DNA of 32,000 nucleotides from Synechocystis sp. PCC 6803 substr. PCC-P. Lineage in GTDB: Bacteria; Cyanobacteriota; Cyanobacteriia; Cyanobacteriales; Microcystaceae. A program made the position numbers and the translations under genes. Shown piece by piece: positions 19,231 through 28,547 of this stretch. Positions within the stretch are counted from its first letter, which is position 1. The number at the start of each line of letters is the position of its first letter. Below the pieces are notes generated by a model. The model had not been told where the DNA came from, did not search any database, and saw only the letters and a list, made by a program, of their open reading frames with translations. Location of the stretch: contig NC_017039.1 in the NCBI RefSeq assembly GCF_000284455.1, positions 2,760,001 through 2,792,000 on the forward strand. Reading direction: 5' to 3'.

Positions 19231-22200
19231 ATGGTCGAATTAACTGAAAATCACTACAACCTACAACAGGAACTGGCCGATGCCCTCCAATCCCTGGGCC
19301 GTAGTATTCATTCTTTGGAAAGGGACATAGTTATTAGCCATTGTGAAATTAATGCCGACCATGGGGTGGGGGTTTTACTGCAAAGGCTTTTTCCCAACTC
19401 AGATGAGCTATTGACAATTCGCTCCCATGATCTTTACGGCGGGCAACAGGAGTTTGGCGATCGCCATTTTTTAGTGCAGGGAGGAAGTTTTGTCACCATT
19501 GCCCAACAGGTGCAGTGGCTGTTGCACTATTATGCTCCCCGAAGATTTTTATCGGTACCTTATTTCCCAGAGGATTACCAAATTTCCATTGCCCTAAAGC
19601 GACTGTATAACTGTCCATTGTGTGTTTTCATTATGGACGATCAAAATATCTACTCTCCCCAGGTACCCGATAGTTTGGTAGATGAATTATTGTACCGGGC
19701 TGATATTTGCTTGGGCATTTCCCGTCCCCTCTGTGATGCCTATGAAGCTAAATTCAAGCGTAAGTTTTGGTTTGTGCCTCCGGTGGTGCAGGGACATTTA
19801 ATTAAAACTGAACCGCCCCAGAGCTGGGACCGATCGCCGAGTAAGCGGCAGGGCGTGATGATTGGCAATGTCTGGAGTCAACAATGGTTAGATCAACTGC
19901 GTTCTTTGTGTCGAGCCACGGGGGTAAAAATTGATTGGTATGGTAACCCCAACCGGGATTGGCTGAATTTTAACGAAGCGGAGTTGGGAGAAGACGGCAT
20001 TAACTTTAAGGGCTTTGTGCCAGAAGATGAGTTAATTGATATTCTTCGAACCGCTGATTTTGCCGTTATTCCCACAGGCATTTCTGACCAGAGCGGCGAT
20101 CGCCCAGAATTAACAAAATTAAGCCTACCTTCCCGTAGTTGCTTTATCACTGCCACTGCCAATCTGCCAATTCTCGTTGTGGGCTCCCCCGAAAGTGCGG
20201 TGGCCCAATTTGTCCAGAGCCAGGGCATCGGTACTGTCTGTGCTTACCAACCAGAGGACTTTTCCGCCAAAATTGATTACTTATTAGAAAACCAAGGGCC
20301 CATGCGTAAACAAGCTTTTAAGCTGGGGCAAAACCTCAGTGCAGACGGCATTGCCCAATGGATTTGGGATTCCCTCGCCCAAGGTCAAGCTATGGATGCC
20401 CGTTTTGAAGCTCAGTCGGCCAAGATCATTGATGCCAGTGTGGTTGTCACCGCCAATGAAGTCACCCATCGCCACGGTACAGGGGCTTTGGTGCGGCGGG
20501 TGTTCCCCAACGATGGGCAAATTATTTCTGTGCGCTCCGACAATCATTACGGCGGTGAACATAACTTTGGTCTCGAGTCTTACTATCTTCCCCAGCGGGG
20601 CTGGAGCCGCAAGCAGGTTTTCACCAATATCACCCAGATTTTCGCTGACCATGAAGTTAGTCGGATCTTTTGTGTGCCCTATTACACCGAAGATGTGCTG
20701 ACGGCGATCGCCATTAAGGAATTATTTGGGGTCCCCCTGGGAATTTGGATTATGGACGACCAAAATATTCGAGTCAACAATATTCCCGATGCTCTGATGG
20801 AGGAATTTTTGCAAAAGGCAGATGTGCGCTTTGCCACTCACCCAGAACTGCGGGATGCCTACGAAAATAAATTTGGTTTGAAGTTTTGGATTTTGCCAGC
20901 AGTGGTTCCCCACAATTTAATTAAAACGACAGTGTTTGAGCCCCGACAGGAAAACTGTCAACAAAAGCGGGGCGCCCTCCTGGGCAGTATCTGGAGTCAA
21001 CGGTGGTTTGCCGACCTCTGTCACAGTGTGAAGGAAGCTGGTATGCAATTAGATTGGTACGGCAACTCCAAATATTATTGGCTAACGGAATCCGAACAGG
21101 ACTTACAAGCCAAAGGTATTTATCCTCAAGGACTTTTTCCCGAAGATAAGTTGGTGGAAAAACTGAAGGAATATCCTTTTGTGGTGGTTCCCACCGGCAC
21201 CATGGATGAGCGGGATGACCAGCCCCAGCTTTCTCAACTGAGTTTACCTGGACGGATCTTGTTTGCCCTGGCCACATCTAACACGCCAGTAATTTTGATG
21301 GGGAGCAAAAAAACCTCCGCCGCTAGTTTTATTAATCGTTTTCAGATTGGCGTGGTTTGTGACTATACCCCAGAAAGTTTTGGGGCTGCGGTGGCCGAAG
21401 TTTTAGACCCCCAACGTCAAAGGGTTCTTAGGGAAAATGCCGTGGCAGCAGCGGAAAAATTTAGTGATCACAATATTGACAGTTGGATTTGGAGTTCCCT
21501 TGCCGAAGGACAAGCCGCCGATGACCGCTTTGAATCCCTCTTCCGGCGATCGCCCATTGACTTAGTACATTTTATCGAGCCTCCAGTGCCCAGCCTGATC
21601 TACAAGGATTACACCCAAGTGTACCAAGTGATGCGGCGATTGAGAGTTAACCATTACCGCCCTGATTTTGTCATGGACGTGGGGGCTTCCCACGGTATTT
21701 GGTCCCACACCGCTAGTCAACTGTTTCCCGAAGCCCGCTTCATTTTAATTGATCCTCTGATTAATCGTTATGAACAGGCTGCCCGTAATTACTATCTTAA
21801 AAATATCCCCAAAGCTAAGTTTTTAGAAATTGCCGTTTCAAACGAATCGGGGCAGCTCAGTTTTCAGGTTTCCCCTGATCTTTACGGTAGTTCCCTGCTC
21901 ACCCCAGCGGACTTTCGGGATTATGAAACAGTGACAGTGGCGGTTAAAACCCTTGACCAAGTGGCTGAGGAAGAAAATCTCCAAGGGCGGGGTATTCTTA
22001 AACTGGATGTGCAGTGCGCCGAACATCTTGTCTTGGCGGGGGCAAATACTTTCCTCGAGCAGGTGGATCTAGTGATGGCAGAACTTTCCTATGTCCGCTA
22101 TGACGAAAATGCCCTGGTCTTTTTAGAGATGCTTAATCTCTTGGATCAATTGGGTTTCCGTTATTACGACGAAACCGGCGAATGGCGATCGCCCATTGAT

Positions 22201-22275
22201 GGTACCCTATTGCAAAAAGAAGTCGTATTCATCCGTCAGGATTTGTTAATACCTGAAACCAGTCGTAAAATTTAG
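19231..22275 (+). CDS. Three-module protein: two tandem glycosyltransferase-like (GT-B-like) modules plus a C-terminal FkbM-family SAM methyltransferase domain
   Basis: ATG at 19231 (the track uses TTG at 19219). Residues ~40-400 and ~410-790 are clear paralogues: HGVGVLLQRLFPN / HGTGALVRRVFPN, CVFIMDDQNIY / GIWIMDDQNIR, DAYEAKFKRKFWFVPPVV / DAYENKFGLKFWILPAVV, WIWDSLAQGQAMDARFE / WIWSSLAEGQAADDRFE. The pattern GFVPEDELIDILRTADFAVIPTG...LPILVVG resembles the GT-B C-terminal half. The tail has FkbM motifs DVGASHGIWS and LKLDVQCAEHLVLAGA. It contains 5 HIP1 sites. Confidence 0.7.
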   Translation: MVELTENHYNLQQELADALQSLGRSIHSLERDIVISHCEINADHGVGVLLQRLFPNSDELLTIRSHDLYGGQQEFGDRHFLVQGGSFVTIAQQVQWLLHYYAPRRFLSVPYFPEDYQISIALKRLYNCPLCVFIMDDQNIYSPQVPDSLVDELLYRADICLGISRPLCDAYEAKFKRKFWFVPPVVQGHLIKTEPPQSWDRSPSKRQGVMIGNVWSQQWLDQLRSLCRATGVKIDWYGNPNRDWLNFNEAELGEDGINFKGFVPEDELIDILRTADFAVIPTGISDQSGDRPELTKLSLPSRSCFITATANLPILVVGSPESAVAQFVQSQGIGTVCAYQPEDFSAKIDYLLENQGPMRKQAFKLGQNLSADGIAQWIWDSLAQGQAMDARFEAQSAKIIDASVVVTANEVTHRHGTGALVRRVFPNDGQIISVRSDNHYGGEHNFGLESYYLPQRGWSRKQVFTNITQIFADHEVSRIFCVPYYTEDVLTAIAIKELFGVPLGIWIMDDQNIRVNNIPDALMEEFLQKADVRFATHPELRDAYENKFGLKFWILPAVVPHNLIKTTVFEPRQENCQQKRGALLGSIWSQRWFADLCHSVKEAGMQLDWYGNSKYYWLTESEQDLQAKGIYPQGLFPEDKLVEKLKEYPFVVVPTGTMDERDDQPQLSQLSLPGRILFALATSNTPVILMGSKKTSAASFINRFQIGVVCDYTPESFGAAVAEVLDPQRQRVLRENAVAAAEKFSDHNIDSWIWSSLAEGQAADDRFESLFRRSPIDLVHFIEPPVPSLIYKDYTQVYQVMRRLRVNHYRPDFVMDVGASHGIWSHTASQLFPEARFILIDPLINRYEQAARNYYLKNIPKAKFLEIAVSNESGQLSFQVSPDLYGSSLLTPADFRDYETVTVAVKTLDQVAEEENLQGRGILKLDVQCAEHLVLAGANTFLEQVDLVMAELSYVRYDENALVFLEMLNLLDQLGFRYYDETGEWRSPIDGTLLQKEVVFIRQDLLIPETSRKI

Positions 22276-22330
22276 CTTTATTTTTTCTAGCTCTTCAATC
22301 TAATTCCTTTCTATTCCAAGCCTAATCATA

Positions 22331-23683
22331 ATGATTAAACAATTATTAAAAAATAATCGTATCGTTCAGAGAATCAAGGTATTGAAAGATCTTTTTCTAC
22401 AGAAATTAGATGACCTCCAGGCAAGTGTTGACCAAATTAAAATAACCACCGATCAAAACCTGGAAGAAATTAGATTAGAATTAGAGCAAAAAAATAGAAA
22501 TATTAATCAGATTTTGGAAAATCAAATATTTCTAATTAAGTCTGCCCTCGATACAGCTAGAACCATTAAATATTTAGTTGAAAGTGGACAGCAAAGACAA
22601 ATTATTGTCGAACAGATGATTAATGCTATCCATCAAGAATTTCAAAGAATTAGGGAAGAATCAGAGAGGAGTAACGGTTATATTCATCAAGAGTTTCAAA
22701 ATATCAGGAGCGAATCCCAGCAAAGGTATCAACTGCTCCACCAAGAGTTCCAGGCTGTTTTGGGTAATCTGCAGCACTACCAAGAAATTTTAATTGATAA
22801 GTTCTTGGATTTACAGGAAAACAGCCAACAGCAAGACGTTTTCTTACGAGAAACCCTAGCTCAGATTGCCGCTGATGTCCATGATCAAAAATTCAAAGTA
22901 GTCACCGATCCCAGCTATTTCCAGGCGATCGACATTGAGTTGATGGTTTATCTCTACTCTTATCTTCCCCACCGACGGACGATCGATGTGGGCGCCAACC
23001 GGGGCGATGTCTCCGCCAGATTGTTACAGACTGGCTACGAAGTTTATGCCTTTGAACCTTTCCCGCCAGTATTAGCCAAATTGCAGGAAAGATTGGGACA
23101 AAATAGCAATTTCCATGCTCTTGGCTACGCCCTAGGATCCGCCAATGAGACTAGGAATTTACACCTAGTGGTGGATCAAACGGAAGACAAAATCTTTGAT
23201 GATGCCACTTTTTATAGCAGTTTGACTCGCCATTCCCTCACTGAAGGCTTAGTCTTCCATGACAGTATTACAGTGGAAGTCAAAACCATCGCTAGTTTGC
23301 ATGAAGCGGGAACTCTGCCTGATGATATTGGCTTAGTCAAAATTGATACAGAAGGATTTGACCTAGAAGTTATTAAGGGCATGGGAAATTTTCGTTACCC
23401 AGTGGTATTGGCCGAATTTTGGGATCCCACTTTCCCCTTTGGGCAAACCGGGGCCATGAACCATCTAGTGGATATGGTGCCAGCTATGCGACAAAGGGAT
23501 TACCGCTGGCATATAATCATCTATCGCATCTGGGGGCAGCACGAGGTCAGTTATTACTGCAACTCGGACTATTCCTTAGAAAATTCTTGGGGCAATGTTT
23601 TCTTCTTTCAGGATTACGAAATCTTTAGCCAGGCTTTAAAATGGTGCAATTCAGTTATGCCCGCCACCTATTTTGCGGCGTAG
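22331..23683 (+). CDS. Coiled-coil N-terminal region (~190 aa) fused to an FkbM-family SAM methyltransferase
   Basis: The N-terminus is rich in Q/E/L/I heptad-like sequence with three 18-aa repeats. The C-terminal half has FkbM motifs IDVGANRGDVSARLLQTGYEVYAFEP and VKIDTEGFDLEVIKGM. Confidence 0.75.
   Translation: MIKQLLKNNRIVQRIKVLKDLFLQKLDDLQASVDQIKITTDQNLEEIRLELEQKNRNINQILENQIFLIKSALDTARTIKYLVESGQQRQIIVEQMINAIHQEFQRIREESERSNGYIHQEFQNIRSESQQRYQLLHQEFQAVLGNLQHYQEILIDKFLDLQENSQQQDVFLRETLAQIAADVHDQKFKVVTDPSYFQAIDIELMVYLYSYLPHRRTIDVGANRGDVSARLLQTGYEVYAFEPFPPVLAKLQERLGQNSNFHALGYALGSANETRNLHLVVDQTEDKIFDDATFYSSLTRHSLTEGLVFHDSITVEVKTIASLHEAGTLPDDIGLVKIDTEGFDLEVIKGMGNFRYPVVLAEFWDPTFPFGQTGAMNHLVDMVPAMRQRDYRWHIIIYRIWGQHEVSYYCNSDYSLENSWGNVFFFQDYEIFSQALKWCNSVMPATYFAA
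22631..22792 (+). repeat. Three in-frame tandem 54-nt (18-aa) repeats inside the coiled-coil region
   Basis: H-Q-E-F-Q codon blocks start at 22631, 22685 and 22739, an exact 54-nt period. The units are IHQEFQRIREESERSNGY / IHQEFQNIRSESQQRYQL / LHQEFQAVLGNLQHYQEI. Confidence 0.8.
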
Positions 23684-23768
23684 CTTGTCCCTAAATACTA
23701 AATGGAGCAAAAAAATTCGTCAGTAGTCATAATCAACAAAGTTCACCTGGAGTTCCACATCATCCCCC

Positions 23769-24545
23769 ATGCTATCACTTCAAGACAACTACTTGTATCT
23801 CTCTAAGCTAGGTGAATTTAAGCAATTGCAGGGGGGAATTGCCGGTTTTTTCTTGGAACAAAGTGCGGCTCTCTGGGATGCTTTGCTAAGTTTTCAAAAT
23901 ACCCATGGTATCCATGGCAATATGCTGGAAATTGGAGTTTACAAAGGTCTGTCAGCTTTGATGTCCTCCCTTCACCTTAAAGAAACAGAAAAATTTGTTC
24001 TAATCGATTGCACGCGCTATATTGAGGACGCAGAAGCCAACCTTGCTCCCATTTTGGGCACCAGAGGGAATTATATTCAGCAACCGTCTTATCAAGTAAC
24101 ACTCCACTCCCTTGGTGATTTGCGTTCTAGTTGCCGTTGGCTTCATATTGATGGTGAACATACGGGCAGGGCTGTGATTAATGATCTTGAATTGTGCGAA
24201 CAACTATTGTCAGATGACGGCATCATAGTTTTAGATGATTTTTTTAATCCTATGTATCCTCAATTAACGGAGGCGGCCTTTTCTTTTTTGTCGGCTAATA
24301 AACATAAGTTATCCATGTTTTTATGTGGTTGGAACAAAGCTTATTTAGCCCGACCACTATTTGCCTTTAACTACAGAAATTTTATTCGACAGGCTTTAGC
24401 CGCGGAGCTTCATCAAAGGGAAATTGACGATTTTATACTGACCAAAACCACCACACTGGATGAATCGACTTCCTTTGGCATAGTTCATCGTTTTACAGAT
24501 AGAGACTACTATGGTTTAGATTCCGATCCTGATTTTTTACCTTAA
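23769..24545 (+). CDS. Class I SAM-dependent methyltransferase (Methyltransf_24 / TylF-CmcI-like pattern)
   Basis: Motif I-like LEIGVYKGLSAL. Later WLHIDGEHTGRAVINDLELCEQLLSDDGIIVLDDF, typical of the family that includes sugar O-methyltransferases. Assigned by eye only. Confidence 0.6.
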   Translation: MLSLQDNYLYLSKLGEFKQLQGGIAGFFLEQSAALWDALLSFQNTHGIHGNMLEIGVYKGLSALMSSLHLKETEKFVLIDCTRYIEDAEANLAPILGTRGNYIQQPSYQVTLHSLGDLRSSCRWLHIDGEHTGRAVINDLELCEQLLSDDGIIVLDDFFNPMYPQLTEAAFSFLSANKHKLSMFLCGWNKAYLARPLFAFNYRNFIRQALAAELHQREIDDFILTKTTTLDESTSFGIVHRFTDRDYYGLDSDPDFLP

Positions 24546-24625
24546 AGTCAAGCTAGCGTAATTAGTTGGGTTTTTATTTTTCGAAAAAATTGCTATCGAA
24601 TCAAGAGTTTAATATATTTTAACTC

Positions 24626-26245
24626 ATGAATAAGTTGCCAAAAATCACCAATACAAACAATGAGTTTTTTGTCAGTATCTTAGCCCTATTATTATTTATT
24701 GGCATATTTTTTATAACTGCATCCTATAGTGATTTATTGAACTCTGGCTTTCGTTATTTCATTGACGATCATCAGATTCCTGTGATGAAACAAGATCTCG
24801 ATAATCACGGCTTTTGGGAAACAGCAAAAATATGGATTAATCATGACAGAAGTATCCAGCGATTTCGTCCTTATTTTCAGCTGCAAGTGGTGACCATCAC
24901 CCAACTCCTGGGAGTTAACTCATTTTTGTGGTTTTCATATATTACTTTGCTGGGAGCTTTTACATCTTTTTTTCTGTTTGCTTTTGGACGAATCTTATTT
25001 TTTTCAATCCCGGTTTCTTTATTTTTTCCGATATCTACCTTGCTAGGAAAGCAATCAGAAATTTGGGTTAGGCCAATGATACCCGATGCTCAAGGTATGT
25101 TTTTTTTGTCGGCCGCCTTATTATTTATTGGTTTAAGCTGTAATCATAGTAAATATTCAAAAATCAACTCCGTAATTGCTATTATTTTAATTATAATAAT
25201 GTCCTTGTGTAAAGAGTCTTACATTATCTTTATACCGACTTTAATTTCTCTTAAGGTTTGGCTTTATAGCGATTTTCAAAAAACTTCCCTGTGGAAATCA
25301 ATTGATACCAATAGGATTTTTGTAGGAGTGTTATTAGCAGTAATGTTTTTAGAGCTTACCTATATAGTTTTTTTCTTGGGAACTAGCGGTATGGGGTACG
25401 CTGGCGTTGATAATGAAACATTAGATTTATTTGCTATTCTTAGAACATCAAAAGATCTATTACTACAAAGCTATTTTCTGCCTATCATAATAAGCATTGT
25501 AATTCTTTTTGTTACAACTCGCCTAACTCATCATTCATTATTAGTTACATTAAAAAAAATAATTCCTTTTATTATTCTGCTCTTCATTTCTCTAATTCCC
25601 CAAACTTTAATTTATACAAAATCAGGGATCATAGCTGCTTTTTATCTATTTCCTTTTATTCTTGTTTCCACCCTTTTATTGTCTAAGATTTTGTCGCTCA
25701 TTGGTGATAGTTGTAGGTGGCTTGGTGTTTTGCTAGTCTCTTGTTTATTATTTACACTTGTCTTTAATCAATCACCATTAGCTTGGGATATTTATTCCCA
25801 ACAATCTCAAGAAAAACAATATATGAATGAGCTGATAGACCAAATTGAAATATGCTCAGAGAAACCAGATCCAATTTTAGTGGTTCTTAATCCTAAAGTT
25901 CGTTATGAAGTATCAGACGCTCTACAAAAAGTTCTACGAAGTGTAAAGCATCGAGAACAATTGTTTATTGTTACTTATGGATTAGAAGGAAGTTTATTTT
26001 ACTCTGATAAATTGGCTGATACTGAAGCTGTGTGGAACTTTTTAGACCCCAAGGCAATCTTGCCTAGCTATAACGGAACATTATTGGATATTCATGATAA
26101 AGGTGATATTAAGACAATAGTGATATTTGATGGCTTAGATGATGATTTTGCCAAAAGTAATATAGATTGGTTTTCTCCAAAAGAATATCAAATGAAACGG
26201 TTTGATATTAGTCTTGCCCCCAGTACTCTTTACTGCAAAAAATAA
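24626..26245 (+). CDS. Polytopic membrane protein, GT-C-like glycosyltransferase candidate, with a ~150-aa C-terminal soluble domain
   Basis: 539 aa with about 10-12 hydrophobic segments. An acidic motif follows TM1 (RYFIDDHQIP), then RFRPYF. Very AT-rich (14 G+C in the 60 nt 25501-25560). No HIP1 sites. Confidence 0.55.
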   Translation: MNKLPKITNTNNEFFVSILALLLFIGIFFITASYSDLLNSGFRYFIDDHQIPVMKQDLDNHGFWETAKIWINHDRSIQRFRPYFQLQVVTITQLLGVNSFLWFSYITLLGAFTSFFLFAFGRILFFSIPVSLFFPISTLLGKQSEIWVRPMIPDAQGMFFLSAALLFIGLSCNHSKYSKINSVIAIILIIIMSLCKESYIIFIPTLISLKVWLYSDFQKTSLWKSIDTNRIFVGVLLAVMFLELTYIVFFLGTSGMGYAGVDNETLDLFAILRTSKDLLLQSYFLPIIISIVILFVTTRLTHHSLLVTLKKIIPFIILLFISLIPQTLIYTKSGIIAAFYLFPFILVSTLLLSKILSLIGDSCRWLGVLLVSCLLFTLVFNQSPLAWDIYSQQSQEKQYMNELIDQIEICSEKPDPILVVLNPKVRYEVSDALQKVLRSVKHREQLFIVTYGLEGSLFYSDKLADTEAVWNFLDPKAILPSYNGTLLDIHDKGDIKTIVIFDGLDDDFAKSNIDWFSPKEYQMKRFDISLAPSTLYCKK

Positions 26246-26277
26246 ATTAACAATTATATATATTACGATCAATTTGT

Positions 26278-28074
26278 ATGATTAACTTTTCCGAAAACAG
26301 GACTACCAATTATTTCAAGCACTTCAATATTCAGTTTATTTTTCCTTATCTTTTTATTATTTCCCTTGTATTTTTTTCTCGTTTTCTTTTCATTAATGAT
26401 TTTGGACTTTACGAAGATGATTGGGCATTTAGTGGTACAGCTATCTCAAATAATTTAGCTCAAAACTGGATTAGGCTTAGGGCTTCCTTTGGTAGTTTTT
26501 GGCAGGGTCGTCCACTCCATATGACTTTTCTTACCTTTATCCCCTTTATCGGGGCAAAACTCGGAGGAATTAGGGCCCTATATTTAATTGGATTTACGAT
26601 TTTAAGTTTAAATGCTTGTCTTTGGTATTCTTTATTAAAAAAAATTACAAAAAATAAAAATGTGGCAATCATTGCTAGTTTACTTTTTGTCCTATATCCT
26701 GCCGATACAACATTTGGTCTTTTACAACATTTAATCGGTATCCAAACCGCTCTGTTGTTTCTTCTCATTGCCTTTCACGTTTACGTTTCTTCTTCTGAAA
26801 AACATAAATTAAACTATTTTAGGAAGCCAATCAGCTATGTTTTTGCAACTCTATCTCTGCTAGATTACGAAAGCTTATTCTTGATTTTTTTGACTGCCCC
26901 CCTGCTTAATCACCCCAAAAGTACAAAAAAGGAAAAACTCTATCATTTTCTAACCTTAACAATAATTCTTGCCATCTATTTATTTCTCAGAAAATTAGCT
27001 GGGGAATCTAGGATAAGTGGGATAACGGGACTTCAGCTTATCCAAAAAGTTGTATATCAAGTTTTCTGGGGTCCCTTAATAGCTTTTTATTCGTTTTTCA
27101 AACGTCCCATCGAAGTAATTTCATCCCCAAGGGTAGAGAATATTATTATTTTTTGTATTGGATTAATATTATTTTTTATCGTTCTAAGGTATTTATTCAA
27201 TAAACAGTTTTTACAAAATGATATCCCAGCAGATTTAAATACATTTCAAGAATTTTGGAAGTTGTCAGGGACAGGATTACTGATGACTATTCTAGGTTAT
27301 TCATCTGCATTACTTTTATCTGTTCACGATATCAATGGTCGGGCTTCCCGAGTTCATTTTTCTGCAGCTTTGGGCATTACTTTGATTCTTGCTTGTATTT
27401 GGGGTATTGCTTTTTATATTACCCGCGTGCATAAATTTTGGCATACATTATTAATTTTATTATTGTCTGTCTACCTCAGTTTTTTGTTAACCTTCTCGAT
27501 CAGCGTTCAGCAATATTATAAAATGAGTTGGCAATATCAACAGGCTTTTTGGCATGATGTTTTTACCTTAGTTCCTGACATCAAGGAGGGAACAATAATC
27601 CTTGTGCAAGCACCCAGTCTGGTCTGGGGTAAGCAAATTAATCCCTTTGACTGGAGCTTACCAGTTGTGTTGGAATCAATATATGACTTTCCCGATGATT
27701 GGCAATTTTCTCCAAGGACTTACCGTCTTAATTCAGATGTAGTTGAGCCTGAACAGTGGAAGGATAAAGTAATTAGCAATCGGAAGTTTGTTTTATCCGG
27801 TAAAAATGACGGCTTATTTTTTTACTTCCCCTGGGAACCAGAAAGAATAGTTGAACCCCAAGATGTTGTTTTACTAGTGGAAGAGCAAGGGCAATTAGTC
27901 AGGAAAGAGAAGTTCCAGACCACGGCTGGAGAAATAATTTATCTAAAGCCTAAGACAAACGATCAACCAACTCTAGATTTACCCACCACTGTTATTTTTG
28001 AACATTTGATGCCACCACCAGATTGTGATTATTGCGGTTCTGTTCCACGTATTTATTTTCAGCCTCAAGAGTAA
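26278..28074 (+). CDS. Polytopic membrane protein, GT-C-like glycosyltransferase candidate, with a ~190-aa C-terminal soluble domain
   Basis: 598 aa with about 11-13 hydrophobic segments. The loop after TM1 carries GLYEDDWAFSG and WQGRPLHMTFL, reminiscent of the DE / HPPL loop-1 motifs of the PMT_2/ArnT-type GT-C families. AT-rich (15 G+C in 26641-26700). No HIP1 sites. Confidence 0.55.
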   Translation: MINFSENRTTNYFKHFNIQFIFPYLFIISLVFFSRFLFINDFGLYEDDWAFSGTAISNNLAQNWIRLRASFGSFWQGRPLHMTFLTFIPFIGAKLGGIRALYLIGFTILSLNACLWYSLLKKITKNKNVAIIASLLFVLYPADTTFGLLQHLIGIQTALLFLLIAFHVYVSSSEKHKLNYFRKPISYVFATLSLLDYESLFLIFLTAPLLNHPKSTKKEKLYHFLTLTIILAIYLFLRKLAGESRISGITGLQLIQKVVYQVFWGPLIAFYSFFKRPIEVISSPRVENIIIFCIGLILFFIVLRYLFNKQFLQNDIPADLNTFQEFWKLSGTGLLMTILGYSSALLLSVHDINGRASRVHFSAALGITLILACIWGIAFYITRVHKFWHTLLILLLSVYLSFLLTFSISVQQYYKMSWQYQQAFWHDVFTLVPDIKEGTIILVQAPSLVWGKQINPFDWSLPVVLESIYDFPDDWQFSPRTYRLNSDVVEPEQWKDKVISNRKFVLSGKNDGLFFYFPWEPERIVEPQDVVLLVEEQGQLVRKEKFQTTAGEIIYLKPKTNDQPTLDLPTTVIFEHLMPPPDCDYCGSVPRIYFQPQE

Positions 28075-28434
28075 TTGACATTAGCTTGTTAGCAGGTTTG
28101 CTGGAGGCGGTTAAAGTAACAAAAAAATAGAATAAAGAGGATTAAGCGAATAAAGAAACATCTTTCTACGTTTGTAGCGTTTTTCAATCTAGCAATGCAT
28201 AAAAAGTTTCTTATTTTTTTTACTTCTCTTTTGTCAGACTGGGCAAGTTGATTTTTTGCAAACCCTCAAAGCCCATTAACAACAATGTATTTAGATTGTG
28301 TACTTCATAAAATACTAGCGCCCATGGTTATCGAGTCTTGAAAATCTTGAAATGCCTCCACAGTAAGACTTTTTGTGTAGTACTGAAAAATATTCTTTCC
28401 GAGATTCAGGAAAGAGGGGTAGTTGAGTGACAGC

Positions 28435-28544
28435 TTGTTTGAAAATTAGGCTCTAAGCCCTACTAAATAGGGTTTTCAGCGTTTATTATCAAAACATACT
28501 CAAATGTTTGCTCAGCAAGGGATTGAGCAAAACTTTTCAAACAC
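28435..28544 (-). repeat. MITE-like element B (~110 nt), inverted relative to element A
   Basis: The right end CTTTTCAAACAC (28533-28544) is the exact reverse complement of element A's left end. The left end TTGTTTGAAAAT (28436-28447) matches GTGTTTGAAAAG at 10/12. Internal hairpins are CCCTActaaaTAGGG and TTGCTCAgcaagggatTGAGCAA. Length is similar to element A. Confidence 0.5.
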
Positions 28545-28547
28545 ATT

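Noticed and set aside
22631-22792. Tandem 54-nt repeats, and the Pro/Thr-rich repeats in the GH9 gene, considered as a possible CRISPR or VNTR array
   Set aside because: They are in frame inside coding sequence, imperfect at the DNA level and lack spacer-repeat alternation. No CRISPR array is present in the window.
28075-28434. AT-rich 360-nt non-coding gap after the 598-aa gene, inspected for IS/transposase remnants or a small RNA
   Set aside because: There are only very short reading frames on either strand and one isolated 6-bp hairpin (CTTTCC...GGAAAG, 28396-28415). Nothing can be supported without a database search.
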